Source: Bacillota bacterium (lineage in GTDB: Bacteria; Bacillota_I; Bacilli_A; RF39; UBA660). From it: a DNA stretch of 64,000 bases. The stretch's first letter is position 1. The number at the start of each line of letters is the position of its first letter. Shown here in pieces: positions 52,184-62,569 of this stretch. The DNA lies in assembly GCA_021771185.1 (NCBI GenBank), contig JAETPN010000002.1:69297-133296 (forward strand), in the 5' to 3' direction. The notes under the pieces are model-generated. The model made no database searches, had not been told where the DNA came from, and was given only the letters and a program-made list of their open reading frames with translations. Made by a program: the position numbers and the translations under genes.

Positions 52184-52567
52184 ATGAAAGAACAAGCAAA
52201 AAAGAAAAGAAAAAAGCCACTAGAAAGTGATCAACCAATCGATGTGGATTTAAATAGTTTATCCCCTTCTTTTAAAGAAGAAAAGAAAGATTCACGTGAT
52301 CAACTGCTTGAAGCTTTTGATATGGATAAAACCGTACCTATTGATAAAACAAAAATTGATGAGGTATTAAAAAATGAGACAGAAAAGTTTAAAACGTTAC
52401 CTAAAACAGAACAAGAGGTTGTAAAAAAAGGGATCGGCTTAGAACTTCTTTATAATTATGATAAGGAAGAACCAAAGCAAAAAAAGAAAACAAGAAAAGG
52501 ATTAACTCTTTTACTACTTCTTCCTTTCTTTCTTTTATTCATTCTTATCGTTCTTTATTTGATATAA
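52184..52567 (+). CDS. Lys-rich hypothetical protein with C-terminal TM
   Basis: 127-aa ORF. Confidence 0.3.
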   Translation: MKEQAKKKRKKPLESDQPIDVDLNSLSPSFKEEKKDSRDQLLEAFDMDKTVPIDKTKIDEVLKNETEKFKTLPKTEQEVVKKGIGLELLYNYDKEEPKQKKKTRKGLTLLLLLPFFLLFILIVLYLI

Positions 52568-52599
52568 CAAAAACACTTTCAAGCGAAAGTGTTTTATGT

Positions 52600-53049
52600 T
52601 TATCTTAATTTTACTTTTGTTAAAACAAGAGATTCATTGTGAAAATATGCTTTTCTTTCACCATTCTGTGGCATAAAAGCGTTATCTTGAAAAATAAATC
52701 CCATTAAATCTTCAATTGTTTTTTCAATATTATTTTCCCATAAAATAACAGAATTAATATTATTTTCTGAAATATTTAGACTATTTAAATCTGCATTTTC
52801 ATCTACAACTTTTACAATAATATCATAACCTTGTACATTCGATATTTTACCAATGGTTTCTAATAATAATGAAAATATCGGACGCGTTAATGCGTTATCT
52901 TCACGAATACTTGTTAATAGAAAACATAATATTTTTAGTAAATAATTTTTACTTTTTTTAAGATTCTCAGCAGTGTAACCTGTAGGTAATTGAAATTTAT
53001 TTAATTCTTCCTGAGCCAAAAATATTGAAGCTTCACTAATTTTATTCAT
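52600..53049 (-). CDS. hypothetical protein
   Basis: start MNKISEAS after GGGAGGG RBS. Confidence 0.3.
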   Translation of the reverse strand: MNKISEASIFLAQEELNKFQLPTGYTAENLKKSKNYLLKILCFLLTSIREDNALTRPIFSLLLETIGKISNVQGYDIIVKVVDENADLNSLNISENNINSVILWENNIEKTIEDLMGFIFQDNAFMPQNGERKAYFHNESLVLTKVKLR

Positions 53050-53076
53050 TTTATTTCCCTCCCTTTTATCGCGCAT

Positions 53077-53100
53077 AAAAAGCAGTTTAATTTACTGCTT
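53077..53100 (-). terminator. rho-independent terminator after mreD (agcagt-N7-actgct + T-run on minus strand)
   Basis: hairpin + TTTTTAT. Confidence 0.55.
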
Positions 53101-53171
53101 TTATAACTTTTTTTATCGCGTAAGCTTAATTATACTGAATAATTTTATCTTTGTCAACAAAAATATTCAAT

Positions 53172-53672
53172 TTAATCAATTTTTTTAATATGATACTTTT
53201 TACTAAAGTAATCCGTCGTGATATAAAGAATGACTCCATATATCATATTCAATAAGAATGAAGAATATACACTTTTTAATAAAACAGTCCAATCAAAAGG
53301 TAAAAAACCAACAACCACAAGGATCGCGTACATTATAATACGATACATTAAAACGGTGAAAAAAATCATAATACTAATGCTAATCATGTGATTAGATAAA
53401 AAAGAATTAAGGAACCGAATAAAAAGACCAACAACGACAAATAAGCACGCATTAACGATTAAGGTATCTGTATATACAAGGTCATAAAAAAGACCTAGTG
53501 CAAAACAACACTTTAAAAGGTTCCCCTCTTCATGATTGAAATATGGATAAATAATTAATAAAGAAACAACCGAAAATAAGGGAGTAAAAAGTTGTGTATT
53601 AATTCCAACGACATTCGATGCGAATCCTTCAAGAAAAAAAGAAAGAATAACAACTACACTAACGAGCATCAT
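53172..53672 (-). CDS. mreD: rod shape-determining protein MreD
   Basis: 5 TM, follows mreC with overlap. Confidence 0.65.
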   Translation of the reverse strand: MMLVSVVVILSFFLEGFASNVVGINTQLFTPLFSVVSLLIIYPYFNHEEGNLLKCCFALGLFYDLVYTDTLIVNACLFVVVGLFIRFLNSFLSNHMISISIMIFFTVLMYRIIMYAILVVVGFLPFDWTVLLKSVYSSFLLNMIYGVILYITTDYFSKKYHIKKID

Positions 53673-54534
53673 GTTCTTCTCCTTGACGTTTTAATATTGT
53701 TACATATCTAATATCATCAAAATCGACACTAGATTCAACTTCTACTGTACGAGCCAAATCAAAATTATCTTTTGTAATTTTAGTAACTTTTCCTACTAAG
53801 ATACCACTTGGAAAGACATCTCCCATACCTGTCGTTAAAACCATACTCCCCTTTTTGATTTCGGTATTATCCGCAATTCCTTCTAAAATAAAACGATTTC
53901 GTTTTTGATGATACCCAGACAATAAACCATAAACATTTTTGCCATCAATATTAATTTTTACACTGATCTTATTATTAATGTCTTCACTCGTTAATAATTT
54001 GACCGTACTATTAAATTTTGTTACTTTTGATACTTTTCCAATGAGACCCTCACTCACTACGACGGGCATATCAACTCTAACGCCATTCGCAGATCCCTTA
54101 TCAATTGTTATAGTGTTATACCAATAACCTAAATTTCGATTCACTACCGTCGCATTTAAATAAGCATCTGAAGATAACGTTTGATTTAATTCTAACATCT
54201 TCTTTAATTTAACAATTTCATCTTCTAACTCTAATTTTTTTGCCTCAATAGAGTCACTTTCCTTTACCTTGCGTTCAAGAATTTGATATTGTTCATATAC
54301 ATGATGTAATTTAGAAATTTCTGTCATTTTATCCTGTACAAAGCGAATGGGTTGATACACTATTTTTTGAACAAACAAAACAGAATCTTTGATTGCCATT
54401 TCAACAGGTGTTAATTTTCGCTTACTTGTTACTATACTAGAAATAACAACAAGTAATAATATAACTCCAATTACACCAGCTAATAAAACATATTTTTTTT
54501 CTAATTTATTTCTTTTATTCCACATTCTAATCAC
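53659..54534 (-). CDS. mreC: rod shape-determining protein MreC
   Basis: N-terminal TM, coiled coil, beta-rich C-domain. Confidence 0.8.
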   Translation of the reverse strand: MIRMWNKRNKLEKKYVLLAGVIGVILLLVVISSIVTSKRKLTPVEMAIKDSVLFVQKIVYQPIRFVQDKMTEISKLHHVYEQYQILERKVKESDSIEAKKLELEDEIVKLKKMLELNQTLSSDAYLNATVVNRNLGYWYNTITIDKGSANGVRVDMPVVVSEGLIGKVSKVTKFNSTVKLLTSEDINNKISVKINIDGKNVYGLLSGYHQKRNRFILEGIADNTEIKKGSMVLTTGMGDVFPSGILVGKVTKITKDNFDLARTVEVESSVDFDDIRYVTILKRQGEEHDAR

Positions 54535-54570
54535 CTTTTTAATTATAAACTATTTTGAAGCGTTTTCCAA

Positions 54571-55254
54571 CTATATATGTCCATTTTCAAAAAAACTATA
54601 ATAGTTTTTTAAACCAATAATTAAATGATCATCCAAAACGATTCCCATTATTTTCCCAATTTCTTGTAATTGTTTTGTCAGTAACATATCCTGTTTACTA
54701 GGTGTAACATTACCTGATGGATGGTTGTGAATACAAATAAATGAAGTAGCGCCTGTTAAATAGGCTTCTTTAAATACTTCCCTTGGATGGACAATACTAT
54801 AATTAATCGTTCCCTTAAATAATAATTTTTCACAAATTACTTTCTTTTGTTGATTTAAATACAATACATAAAAACATTCTTGTTCTTCATCTGCGAATGT
54901 ATGTTTATAATAATCAAATACCATATCTGAATTTACTATTTTCTTTCCTTTTAGTGGTTCTTTACCAATATGAATTCGCTTACTAAGCTCAATTGCCGCC
55001 ATAAGTTCACAAGCTTTCGCAGGACCAATTCCACGAAAGGATAATAATTGTTCAATATTAATATTTCGAAACTTAGCTATTGGACCTAATTTTGTTAAGA
55101 GTGATAAAGCCAATTCCTTCGCTGAAGAATCCTTCCCACCCGTTTTTAAAAGAATAGCTAATAATTCTTCATTACTAAGGTGATCCACACCTTCTTGTAA
55201 TAAACGTTCCCTTGGACGATCATTTTTTGGTAGTTCTTTGATCCTGACTGCCAT
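54571..55254 (-). CDS. radC: RadC-family JAB/MPN domain protein
   Basis: N-terminal IKELPKNDRPRERL, HhH, JAMM HNHPSG. Confidence 0.8.
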   Translation of the reverse strand: MAVRIKELPKNDRPRERLLQEGVDHLSNEELLAILLKTGGKDSSAKELALSLLTKLGPIAKFRNINIEQLLSFRGIGPAKACELMAAIELSKRIHIGKEPLKGKKIVNSDMVFDYYKHTFADEEQECFYVLYLNQQKKVICEKLLFKGTINYSIVHPREVFKEAYLTGATSFICIHNHPSGNVTPSKQDMLLTKQLQEIGKIMGIVLDDHLIIGLKNYYSFFENGHI

Positions 55255-55708
55255 CAATAACCCCATCCTTATAGGCATTTAATATCTTTTCCAACACTTT
55301 AAAAATTGCCTCCTCTTCTGTTGTTTTCTCTAAAACTAGATCATATTGTTTTAATTGATCGATAAAAGTTTTCTCTGTTAGTATCATATCCTTCACATAA
55401 ATAGTATACCCTTTTTTCTCTAGCAATTCCTTTATTTTTTCTGCATTTTTTTTATTTAAAGTCATTCCAACATATACATGATATTTATCATTTTCCTCGG
55501 TATAAATATAATTATGAAAAATTTCTGCCTGTTGTTTCACCTTTTCAATGTCTGAATAAACACCTAATTGTAAAAAATAAACCGTTTCCTTTTGTTCAGA
55601 AAAGGTTGATTTTATTTGAACCTTGGAATCATACTCATGAAAAATATAAGATCCCATCAAAAAACCTAAAAAAATAGAACAACACATGGATATTAATATT
55701 TTTTTCAT
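55220..55708 (-). CDS. membrane-anchored SPOR-like domain protein
   Basis: TM then VYFLQLGVYSDIEKVKQQAE..YHVYVGMT..AEKIKELLEKKGYTIYV pattern. Confidence 0.4.
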   Translation of the reverse strand: MKKILISMCCSIFLGFLMGSYIFHEYDSKVQIKSTFSEQKETVYFLQLGVYSDIEKVKQQAEIFHNYIYTEENDKYHVYVGMTLNKKNAEKIKELLEKKGYTIYVKDMILTEKTFIDQLKQYDLVLEKTTEEEAIFKVLEKILNAYKDGVIDGSQDQRTTKK

Positions 55709-55795
55709 ATGAATCACCATACTTATCATATCTATGTTTGACGTCTATTTTTGTCAAAAAAAAGAAGTAAATTTTACTTTTCTACTTCTCTTTTA

Positions 55796-56290
55796 CTATT
55801 TTTTTGCCTCTTTTTTTAAATATTTTAGTTTAATAGGTTGATTTTTAACTGCATGATCTTCTTCCTTTTGAAGATACCATGCACTTTTTTTATTTAGTGT
55901 AATGGTATCCCTTAAAGCAACAGAATGAGTTAAAATTTCTTTTGGAAACATGGTTAAAACATGTTTAATAAGATGTAATATTTCAGTATTTTTAGTAGCA
56001 ACTAAATAATCAAGAGGTATAGGTTGGATATGCCAGAGAACAAATCGATCATCAACAGATTCAATCCTTCCTCCTATGCTTGAACAAAGAAGATCTTCTT
56101 CATATAAACATTGTCCATTATTTTTTTTCATATATTCAATTTGGCAATAATACATGATACATTCCAGAATAAAAGCCGTAGGTGTTACACCAAATTTTTT
56201 ATAATATTCTAGAATGATTGTATCGGCTAAATAAAATATTGAAATATTATGTTGTTCTTTCATCAATAGATTATACCTCCTGTAAAACAA
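55796..56290 (-). CDS. hypothetical protein
   Basis: 164-aa ORF. Confidence 0.3.
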   Translation of the reverse strand: MFYRRYNLLMKEQHNISIFYLADTIILEYYKKFGVTPTAFILECIMYYCQIEYMKKNNGQCLYEEDLLCSSIGGRIESVDDRFVLWHIQPIPLDYLVATKNTEILHLIKHVLTMFPKEILTHSVALRDTITLNKKSAWYLQKEEDHAVKNQPIKLKYLKKEAKK

Positions 56291-57917
56291 TTAAAATCAT
56301 TGGTTTACATTCTGTTTCTTGATATAAATATTTACCAAGTTTGTCACGAACACCTGATTTAATTTTATTAAAATCCACATAGTTTTCTTTAATATTTTGA
56401 TGAATAATTTCTAAAGAAATGCGTTCTGCCTCTTTAATTAAATCAATATTTTCTTTTACATAAATAAAACCACGTGTTAAAATTTCAGGGCCCGAAACAA
56501 CTTCTTTTGTTTTACGATCCATCGTTGCACTAACGATAACAATTCCATTTTCACTTAATAATTCACGATCTTTTAAGACAAGTTCACCAACATCACCCGC
56601 TTGTTTTCCATCGATTAATACATCATCAATTTTAATTTTATCCATGGATTCTGTAAGGGTACCATCTTGAAAAGTTGTAACTTCACCATTTAATCGTAAT
56701 AAAATGTGATCCTCCTGCATTCCTAGACGCGTCGCTGTTAGTGAATTTTCTACCTGATGACGGTATTCTCCAATCACTGGCATATAGTATTTTGGATGCA
56801 TTAAATCTAGCATCATCATTAAATCTTCACTTGAAGCGTGATACCCAAGGTACTCTTTTCCACTAATCGTAATTAGATTCGCCCCAATGCGGGCAATTAA
56901 ATCAAATAATTTCGTAGAAGTACGTTCTTGCCCTTCCATCACAGGAGACGTGAACACTACATGATCTTCTGGTGTTATTTTAACAAAACGATCATATCCT
57001 TTGGCAATACGTCCCATATTTGAAAAAGGTTTTTCACGTTCATCGGCAACTAAGATAAAGATATCTGGATCACTCGCATGATGAATGGTTGTAATTTTTT
57101 CTTTATCAAAAGAGATAGCCTTCTCATCAATCGCACGCATAATAATACTTTCCAAGCGTTTTCCTAAAATAACTACTTTACGTTCTGTTTTAGAAACTTC
57201 ATTAAAGATTTCTTGAATACGTGTAAGTCCACTAGATGAAACATTACACAAAATACGTCCTTCACATTTATTTAATACTTCACTCATAAATTTAGCAATA
57301 CGATGTTTTGGCGAAGTATATCCTTTTTTATCTGCATATAAAGATTCACTTAATAAACATAAAACTCCTTGTTTCCCTACATAGGCTAATTTCCCGATAT
57401 CTGTTTTATAGGCACCAATTAATGTTGGATCAAATACAAAGTTCCCTGTATAAAAGATTGCTCCATCCGGAGTATATAATACATACCCTACACTATCTGG
57501 AACTGAATGTGTTAAGCGAATTGGAAAAATACTATTCTTCCCAAAGGAAACCTTTTTGTGTGGTACAACAACTTTTAAATTCGCTCCCTCAATTTTTTCT
57601 TCTCTAAGTTCCTGACTTAATAATTCTAATGTAAATTTTGTCCCATAAATAGGCACTTCTTTAAAATCTTGAATCAACTCTGGAATCGCACCCATCTGTG
57701 AATCATGACCATGCGTAATAAAGAACCCTTTAATACGCTTTTTATTTTCTTTTAGATAATCAACATTAGGAATAATATAATCAACACCTAACATTTTATC
57801 ATCCGCATACTTTAATCCGGCATCAAACACAAAAATATCTTCGTCAACTTCAACAACATACATGTTTTTTCCGTTTTCGTTTAATCCGCCTAAAGCTACT
57901 ATCTTTATTTTACTCAT
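56271..57917 (-). CDS. ribonuclease J (beta-CASP metallo-beta-lactamase), motif II degenerate
   Basis: N-terminus IVALGGLNENGKNMYVVEVDEDIFVFDAGL as RNase J, but HGHEDH replaced by HGHDSQ. Confidence 0.8.
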   Translation of the reverse strand: MSKIKIVALGGLNENGKNMYVVEVDEDIFVFDAGLKYADDKMLGVDYIIPNVDYLKENKKRIKGFFITHGHDSQMGAIPELIQDFKEVPIYGTKFTLELLSQELREEKIEGANLKVVVPHKKVSFGKNSIFPIRLTHSVPDSVGYVLYTPDGAIFYTGNFVFDPTLIGAYKTDIGKLAYVGKQGVLCLLSESLYADKKGYTSPKHRIAKFMSEVLNKCEGRILCNVSSSGLTRIQEIFNEVSKTERKVVILGKRLESIIMRAIDEKAISFDKEKITTIHHASDPDIFILVADEREKPFSNMGRIAKGYDRFVKITPEDHVVFTSPVMEGQERTSTKLFDLIARIGANLITISGKEYLGYHASSEDLMMMLDLMHPKYYMPVIGEYRHQVENSLTATRLGMQEDHILLRLNGEVTTFQDGTLTESMDKIKIDDVLIDGKQAGDVGELVLKDRELLSENGIVIVSATMDRKTKEVVSGPEILTRGFIYVKENIDLIKEAERISLEIIHQNIKENYVDFNKIKSGVRDKLGKYLYQETECKPMILIVLQEV

Positions 57918-58026
57918 AAAATCTCCTTTCTTTTTCTGTTTATGACTTATCCATTATATCAAAAATTAATTCTAAAGTCTAATGCTTCTTCATTCAAACA
58001 GTCATATCATCTAAAAAAACAAGAAT

Positions 58027-58725
58027 TTATTTTTCTTGTTTTTCATATCTTTTCACTACCCACTCCATAAACTTTAAAAATAACGAATTCATAGAATCAT
58101 CGTAGGATAACATAGATTCTGGATGCCATTGGACTCCTATATAAAAATCTTTGTTCTTGTCTTCAATCGCTTCAATGATTCCATCATCACTAAGCGCACT
58201 AACCATTAAATCTGTCTGTATTAAACAATCTTGATGTCTACTATTGACATGTATTTTTTCGTTTTTTAAAAGATGAAATAATTGACTACGCTTATCTACA
58301 AAAATGTCATGAGAATATGGTTGATGGTTTTGATGACGTTCTTTATTTTCAACATGTCCCAATATTCCACCCATAGCTACACCCATGGTCTGCATTCCTA
58401 GGCAAATTCCTAACGTTGGTATGTTTTTTTCATGAGTATATCTAGCAACTTCTACATCATAAGGATAAAATTCCATACCTCCCTGTAATAAAATCCCATC
58501 ACATTCATCAACCATCTGATGTAAAATATCTTTCTCATCCGCACTTAGTTCGTTTATATTTTCATACTTCACGGAATGATAAGAATCTAAATTAGGCGGA
58601 AAGAGCTGCACAGGAATACCTCCAAATTTTATAATCATTTCATGAATTTCTTGATAGGTCCCATAAATTTTTCTTCCACTTTCACTTATCATAGGCCTAG
58701 CTAAAACACCAATTTTTGGTTTCAT
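58027..58725 (-). CDS. class I glutamine amidotransferase-like / gamma-glutamyl hydrolase family protein
   Basis: GICLGMQ nucleophile elbow, His in GVQWHPE. Confidence 0.6.
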   Translation of the reverse strand: MKPKIGVLARPMISESGRKIYGTYQEIHEMIIKFGGIPVQLFPPNLDSYHSVKYENINELSADEKDILHQMVDECDGILLQGGMEFYPYDVEVARYTHEKNIPTLGICLGMQTMGVAMGGILGHVENKERHQNHQPYSHDIFVDKRSQLFHLLKNEKIHVNSRHQDCLIQTDLMVSALSDDGIIEAIEDKNKDFYIGVQWHPESMLSYDDSMNSLFLKFMEWVVKRYEKQEK

Positions 58726-58765
58726 ACTTGTCCCCTCCAAAGAAAAAAATAGGTCATCGCCTATT

Positions 58766-58990
58766 TTACATATACTTATTCATTGTTTTCATCATTTGAT
58801 TTACTTGTTTTTGACTTGGTGTACGTCCCATTCCACTCATCATAGCTCTAATCATTTGTTCATTCATTGGTGGATTTTTTTTCATATACTTTTTCATATA
58901 ATTACGCGCTAAAAAGAATCCAGCAATAAGTCCTACAACAAGTCCTCCTAAGATTTGTAGTACATCTATTAAAAATGCTCCCCAGTTCAT
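58766..58990 (-). CDS. yneF: UPF0154/YneF-family small membrane protein
   Basis: TM + [27 protein letters not shown]; synteny tkt-sirA-yneF. Confidence 0.55.
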   Translation of the reverse strand: MNWGAFLIDVLQILGGLVVGLIAGFFLARNYMKKYMKKNPPMNEQMIRAMMSGMGRTPSQKQVNQMMKTMNKYM

Positions 58991-59077
58991 AAATACCCTC
59001 CTTACAATTCTTATTGTACTATAAAATGATGTTCTTTTCAAGTAAATCCTAGGATATTATATGTTCCTATTTTTTTA

Positions 59078-59497
59078 TTAGAACATTGGTTTTTTATAAT
59101 CCTTAATCCAAAAATAATCTTGATTTTCGATGTCAACAACAAAAATGCGTCGTTGATACAAATAAAACAAATTTAAGACATGAGGAAAATTAACATTCGT
59201 ATAAACAGTAATATGACTAGGTTTTAAAAAAATCAAAGAAGTTTCTTTTCTTGCATCGTTTACAACTAAATACTTATGTCTATTTTTTTTCAATCGAAAA
59301 CGATAATTTAAATAATCACTTAAATAAGAGATTTCAATAGGTTCACATAACTGCTTATAAATAGACAAACCAAAACTATAATTATTTAATTTAACTTTAA
59401 ATAAGGAAGATAATGCTTTATATAAGAGTGCGGAATTATCATTATATAAGTCATAATATTCCTTCCTGATAACAAACAAATGATACGTTCTCATCAT
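59078..59497 (-). CDS. SirA/YneE-like sporulation inhibitor of replication (tentative)
   Basis: N-terminus M(R)TYHLFVIRKEYY resembles SirA; position between tkt and yneF as in B. subtilis. Confidence 0.4.
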   Translation of the reverse strand: MMRTYHLFVIRKEYYDLYNDNSALLYKALSSLFKVKLNNYSFGLSIYKQLCEPIEISYLSDYLNYRFRLKKNRHKYLVVNDARKETSLIFLKPSHITVYTNVNFPHVLNLFYLYQRRIFVVDIENQDYFWIKDYKKPMF

Positions 59498-59606
59498 TTC
59501 ACACACCATTCTTTTGGTATAATGTGTAAATTTATAAAATTCAAACAAAAAAAGTCATATTGACTTTTTTTTTAGTTTTGTAGAAACATTTAAATATAAG
59601 ATTATT

Positions 59607-61604
59607 TTACTTTAACAGTTTTATAACACGCTCTTTAATCGTTTCATAATCAAACTGACAAGATTTTAATACTTCATCCTTTGTTCCAGAAGCCCCAAAT
59701 TGATCTACCGTTAATAAATAGCGATCATGATAAACAAAACGATGCCATCCAAAGGAAGATGCGGCTTCTATGACAATCACCCTAACTCCTACTGGTAAAA
59801 TTTCTTTTTGAAGTTCTTCAGATTGTTCTAAAAAACGTTCCATACAAGGCATACTAACGACACGTATATCAAGGCATTGTTCCTGATATAATTGTTCTGC
59901 CACACGAAGTGCAGTATGAACCTCTGTACCCGTTGCAAGTAAAATTCCATGTAAGTGTTCTCTTTCTTTATGAATAATATAAGCGCCTTGTTTTACAAGC
60001 TCTCTAGAACTAGACTCTAATACTGGTACTGCATTTTTAGTAACAATAAGAGAACTAGGCGTTCTTTTCAAGGATAAGATATCTTGCCAAGCACCTATTA
60101 ATTCGTTTTCATCACAAGGACGATACACATTTAGATTAGGTGTACTTCGAAGCATCGCTAATTGTTCAATAGGTTGATGTGTTGGTCCATCACTACCAAT
60201 GCTAATTGAATCATGCGTAAAAATATAAGTTACTGGAATTTTCATCAAAGCACTCATTCGAATTGCTGGTTTCATATAATCACTAAACGCTAGAAAAGTT
60301 GATCCAAACACTTTGAAATTAGATAAGGCCAGTCCATTTAAAATAGCTCCCATCGCATGTTCTCTTACACCAAACCAAATATTTGATCCGGTATAATTTT
60401 CTCTTGTAATATCTGCTCTTTTTGATAAATAAGTTTTGGTAGAACTACGCAAGTCTGCACTTCCTCCGATAAAATATGACATCACATCACTAATTTGATC
60501 CATAATTTTTTGATTGGTTACACGAAGTTCTTCTTTATCATCTTTCATGACATTACTTCTAAAATCTAAAATATTAATTTGTTGATCTCGTCCAAATAAA
60601 TAATCGAACTCCGAGGTATTTCCTCCTAAATGATCATTTACATAACTACGATATTCTCTTGCCCATTCTTCGTATTTAGCTTTACTATGTTCCTGAATTT
60701 GTCTTCTAAAGTTATTAACAGCACGTTCAGATACTGTAAATGGTGTGGTATTCCATCCTAACTTTTCTTTTAACTGAAAAATATCTTCGCCAGTTAAAGG
60801 AGCCCCATGTACAGCATTTGTTCCTGCAAGCAAAGAACCTTCTCCTAATGTTGTACGTATTTCAATGATCGATGGCTTCTTAGATGATTTTGCTTCCTTG
60901 ATCGCTTTATCAATCGCATTCACATCATTTCCATTACCAACATAATCTGTATGCCAACCATAGGCCTTAAAACGTTCTAACACTTTTTCATTAAAACTAA
61001 AATCTGTACTACCATCTAAACTAATATGATTAGAATCATAAAGAACAATTAAATTATCTAGCGCATAACTCCCAGCAAATGAGGCAGCTTCACTACTAAT
61101 TCCTTCCATTAAATCTCCATCCCCACATAAACAATAAATATGGTGATCAAAAATGAGTTCTTTAGATTCTTTTCCAAAACGACTCTTTTCTGTTAAGAAA
61201 TACTTTTGTTCTAAAATCTTATCTCCCAAGGCAAGTCCTACTGCAGTAGCAAATCCTTGTCCTAAAGGTCCAGTAGAAACATCTACACCAGGGGTTACAC
61301 CAAACTCTGGATGTCCTGGTGTTTTAGAATTTAATTTACGAAATTGTTTTAAATCATCAATCGTTAAATCAAAGCCAGCCATATAAAGTGTTGCATACAA
61401 CAAAGCAGAACCATGCCCTGCACTCATCACAAAACGATCTCGATTAATCCAATAAGGATCATTCAAATTGATATTTAAATGACGCGAAAACAACGTATAT
61501 ATCGTAGGAGCTGCTCCTAAAACAATCCCAGGATGTCCACTTTTCGCCTCATTAATCATGTCAATTCCTAATACTTTGATATTATTAATAATTTCAGTAT
61601 CCAT
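59607..61604 (-). CDS. tkt: transketolase
   Basis: TPP motif GHPG, GDGDLMEG, 665 aa. Confidence 0.9.
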   Translation of the reverse strand: MDTEIINNIKVLGIDMINEAKSGHPGIVLGAAPTIYTLFSRHLNINLNDPYWINRDRFVMSAGHGSALLYATLYMAGFDLTIDDLKQFRKLNSKTPGHPEFGVTPGVDVSTGPLGQGFATAVGLALGDKILEQKYFLTEKSRFGKESKELIFDHHIYCLCGDGDLMEGISSEAASFAGSYALDNLIVLYDSNHISLDGSTDFSFNEKVLERFKAYGWHTDYVGNGNDVNAIDKAIKEAKSSKKPSIIEIRTTLGEGSLLAGTNAVHGAPLTGEDIFQLKEKLGWNTTPFTVSERAVNNFRRQIQEHSKAKYEEWAREYRSYVNDHLGGNTSEFDYLFGRDQQINILDFRSNVMKDDKEELRVTNQKIMDQISDVMSYFIGGSADLRSSTKTYLSKRADITRENYTGSNIWFGVREHAMGAILNGLALSNFKVFGSTFLAFSDYMKPAIRMSALMKIPVTYIFTHDSISIGSDGPTHQPIEQLAMLRSTPNLNVYRPCDENELIGAWQDILSLKRTPSSLIVTKNAVPVLESSSRELVKQGAYIIHKEREHLHGILLATGTEVHTALRVAEQLYQEQCLDIRVVSMPCMERFLEQSEELQKEILPVGVRVIVIEAASSFGWHRFVYHDRYLLTVDQFGASGTKDEVLKSCQFDYETIKERVIKLLK

Positions 61605-61669
61605 AAGCCACCTCGTTTATTCTTAATTTTATTATACCAAAATTATAAAAATTTATAAACCGCTTTTCT

Positions 61670-61810
61670 TTAATTTGTCGAATATACTACAGCATTCTCC
61701 TTTTGCTCTCTTTCGATCATTTTTCTTTCGTTTGTTCCGTTCATATAGGTGATCGACAACACCAACACCATAAATCCAATCATCCATTTGCTTTTTAACA
61801 TTTCTTTCAT
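61670..61810 (-). CDS. 46-aa single-TM micro-protein divergent from lexA (SOS-induced division-inhibitor candidate, YneA/SosA position)
   Basis: MKEMLKSKWMIGFMVLVLSITYMNGTNERK..; GGGAGG RBS; Cheo box 37 bp upstream. Confidence 0.35.
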   Translation of the reverse strand: MKEMLKSKWMIGFMVLVLSITYMNGTNERKMIEREQKENAVVYSTN

Positions 61811-61846
61811 TTTTATTACCTCCCTTTTGACATTATTATCATATCA

Positions 61847-61888
61847 CGAACAGTTGTTCGTGTCAATACGTTTTCGAACAAATGTTTG
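61847..61888. promoter_or_regulatory. two LexA (Cheo) boxes + lexA promoter
   Basis: CGAACAGTTGTTCG (61847-61860) and CGAACAAATGTTTG (61875-61888); -35 TTGACA 61886-61891, 17-nt spacer, -10 TATGAT 61909-61914. Confidence 0.7.
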
Positions 61889-61939
61889 ACATCATCTGTA
61901 AAGTATGATATGATGAATTTGTAATTAAAGGAGGGGCTT

Positions 61940-62557
61940 ATGGAAAAACTAACAAAAAGACAAGAAGAGATTTTAAATTATATTAAAGAATATATTGTAG
62001 CGCATGGGTATCCACCAACTGTAAGAGAAATTGGTGCAGATCTTGGGGTATCTAGCCCCGCAACGATTCATGCACATTTAAAGAACTTAGAAGAAAAAGG
62101 ATTTATTTTAAAGAAAGAAACAAAAAATCGTGCGATTGAGTTATTAGTAGAAAATGAATTTGCTCATAAGGATGAAAATACGATTGAAGTTCCATTATTA
62201 GGAAAAGTAACTGCTGGGAGTCCAATTGAAGCCATTGAAAACCCTAATGAATATTTTCAATTACCTGCGTATTTAGTACCAAAAAACAAACAAGTATTTA
62301 CACTTACTGTTTCTGGTGAAAGTATGATCAACGCCGGTATCTTAGATGGAGATATTCTTATCGTTGAAAAAAACAATACTGCTCGTAATGGTCAAATCGT
62401 TGTAGCAATGAATGAAGATAATGAAGCCACAGTAAAAACATTCTATAAAGAAAACGGATACTTTAGATTACAACCAGAAAATGATACCATGGATCCTATT
62501 ATTTTAAATCAAGTGACGATTTTAGGAAAAGTTATTGGTTTATATAGGCAATTTTAA
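61940..62557 (+). CDS. lexA: LexA repressor
   Basis: N-terminal winged HTH, catalytic SGESM and Lys, 205 aa. Confidence 0.9.
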   Translation: MEKLTKRQEEILNYIKEYIVAHGYPPTVREIGADLGVSSPATIHAHLKNLEEKGFILKKETKNRAIELLVENEFAHKDENTIEVPLLGKVTAGSPIEAIENPNEYFQLPAYLVPKNKQVFTLTVSGESMINAGILDGDILIVEKNNTARNGQIVVAMNEDNEATVKTFYKENGYFRLQPENDTMDPIILNQVTILGKVIGLYRQF

Positions 62558-62569
62558 AAGGAAGATGCA

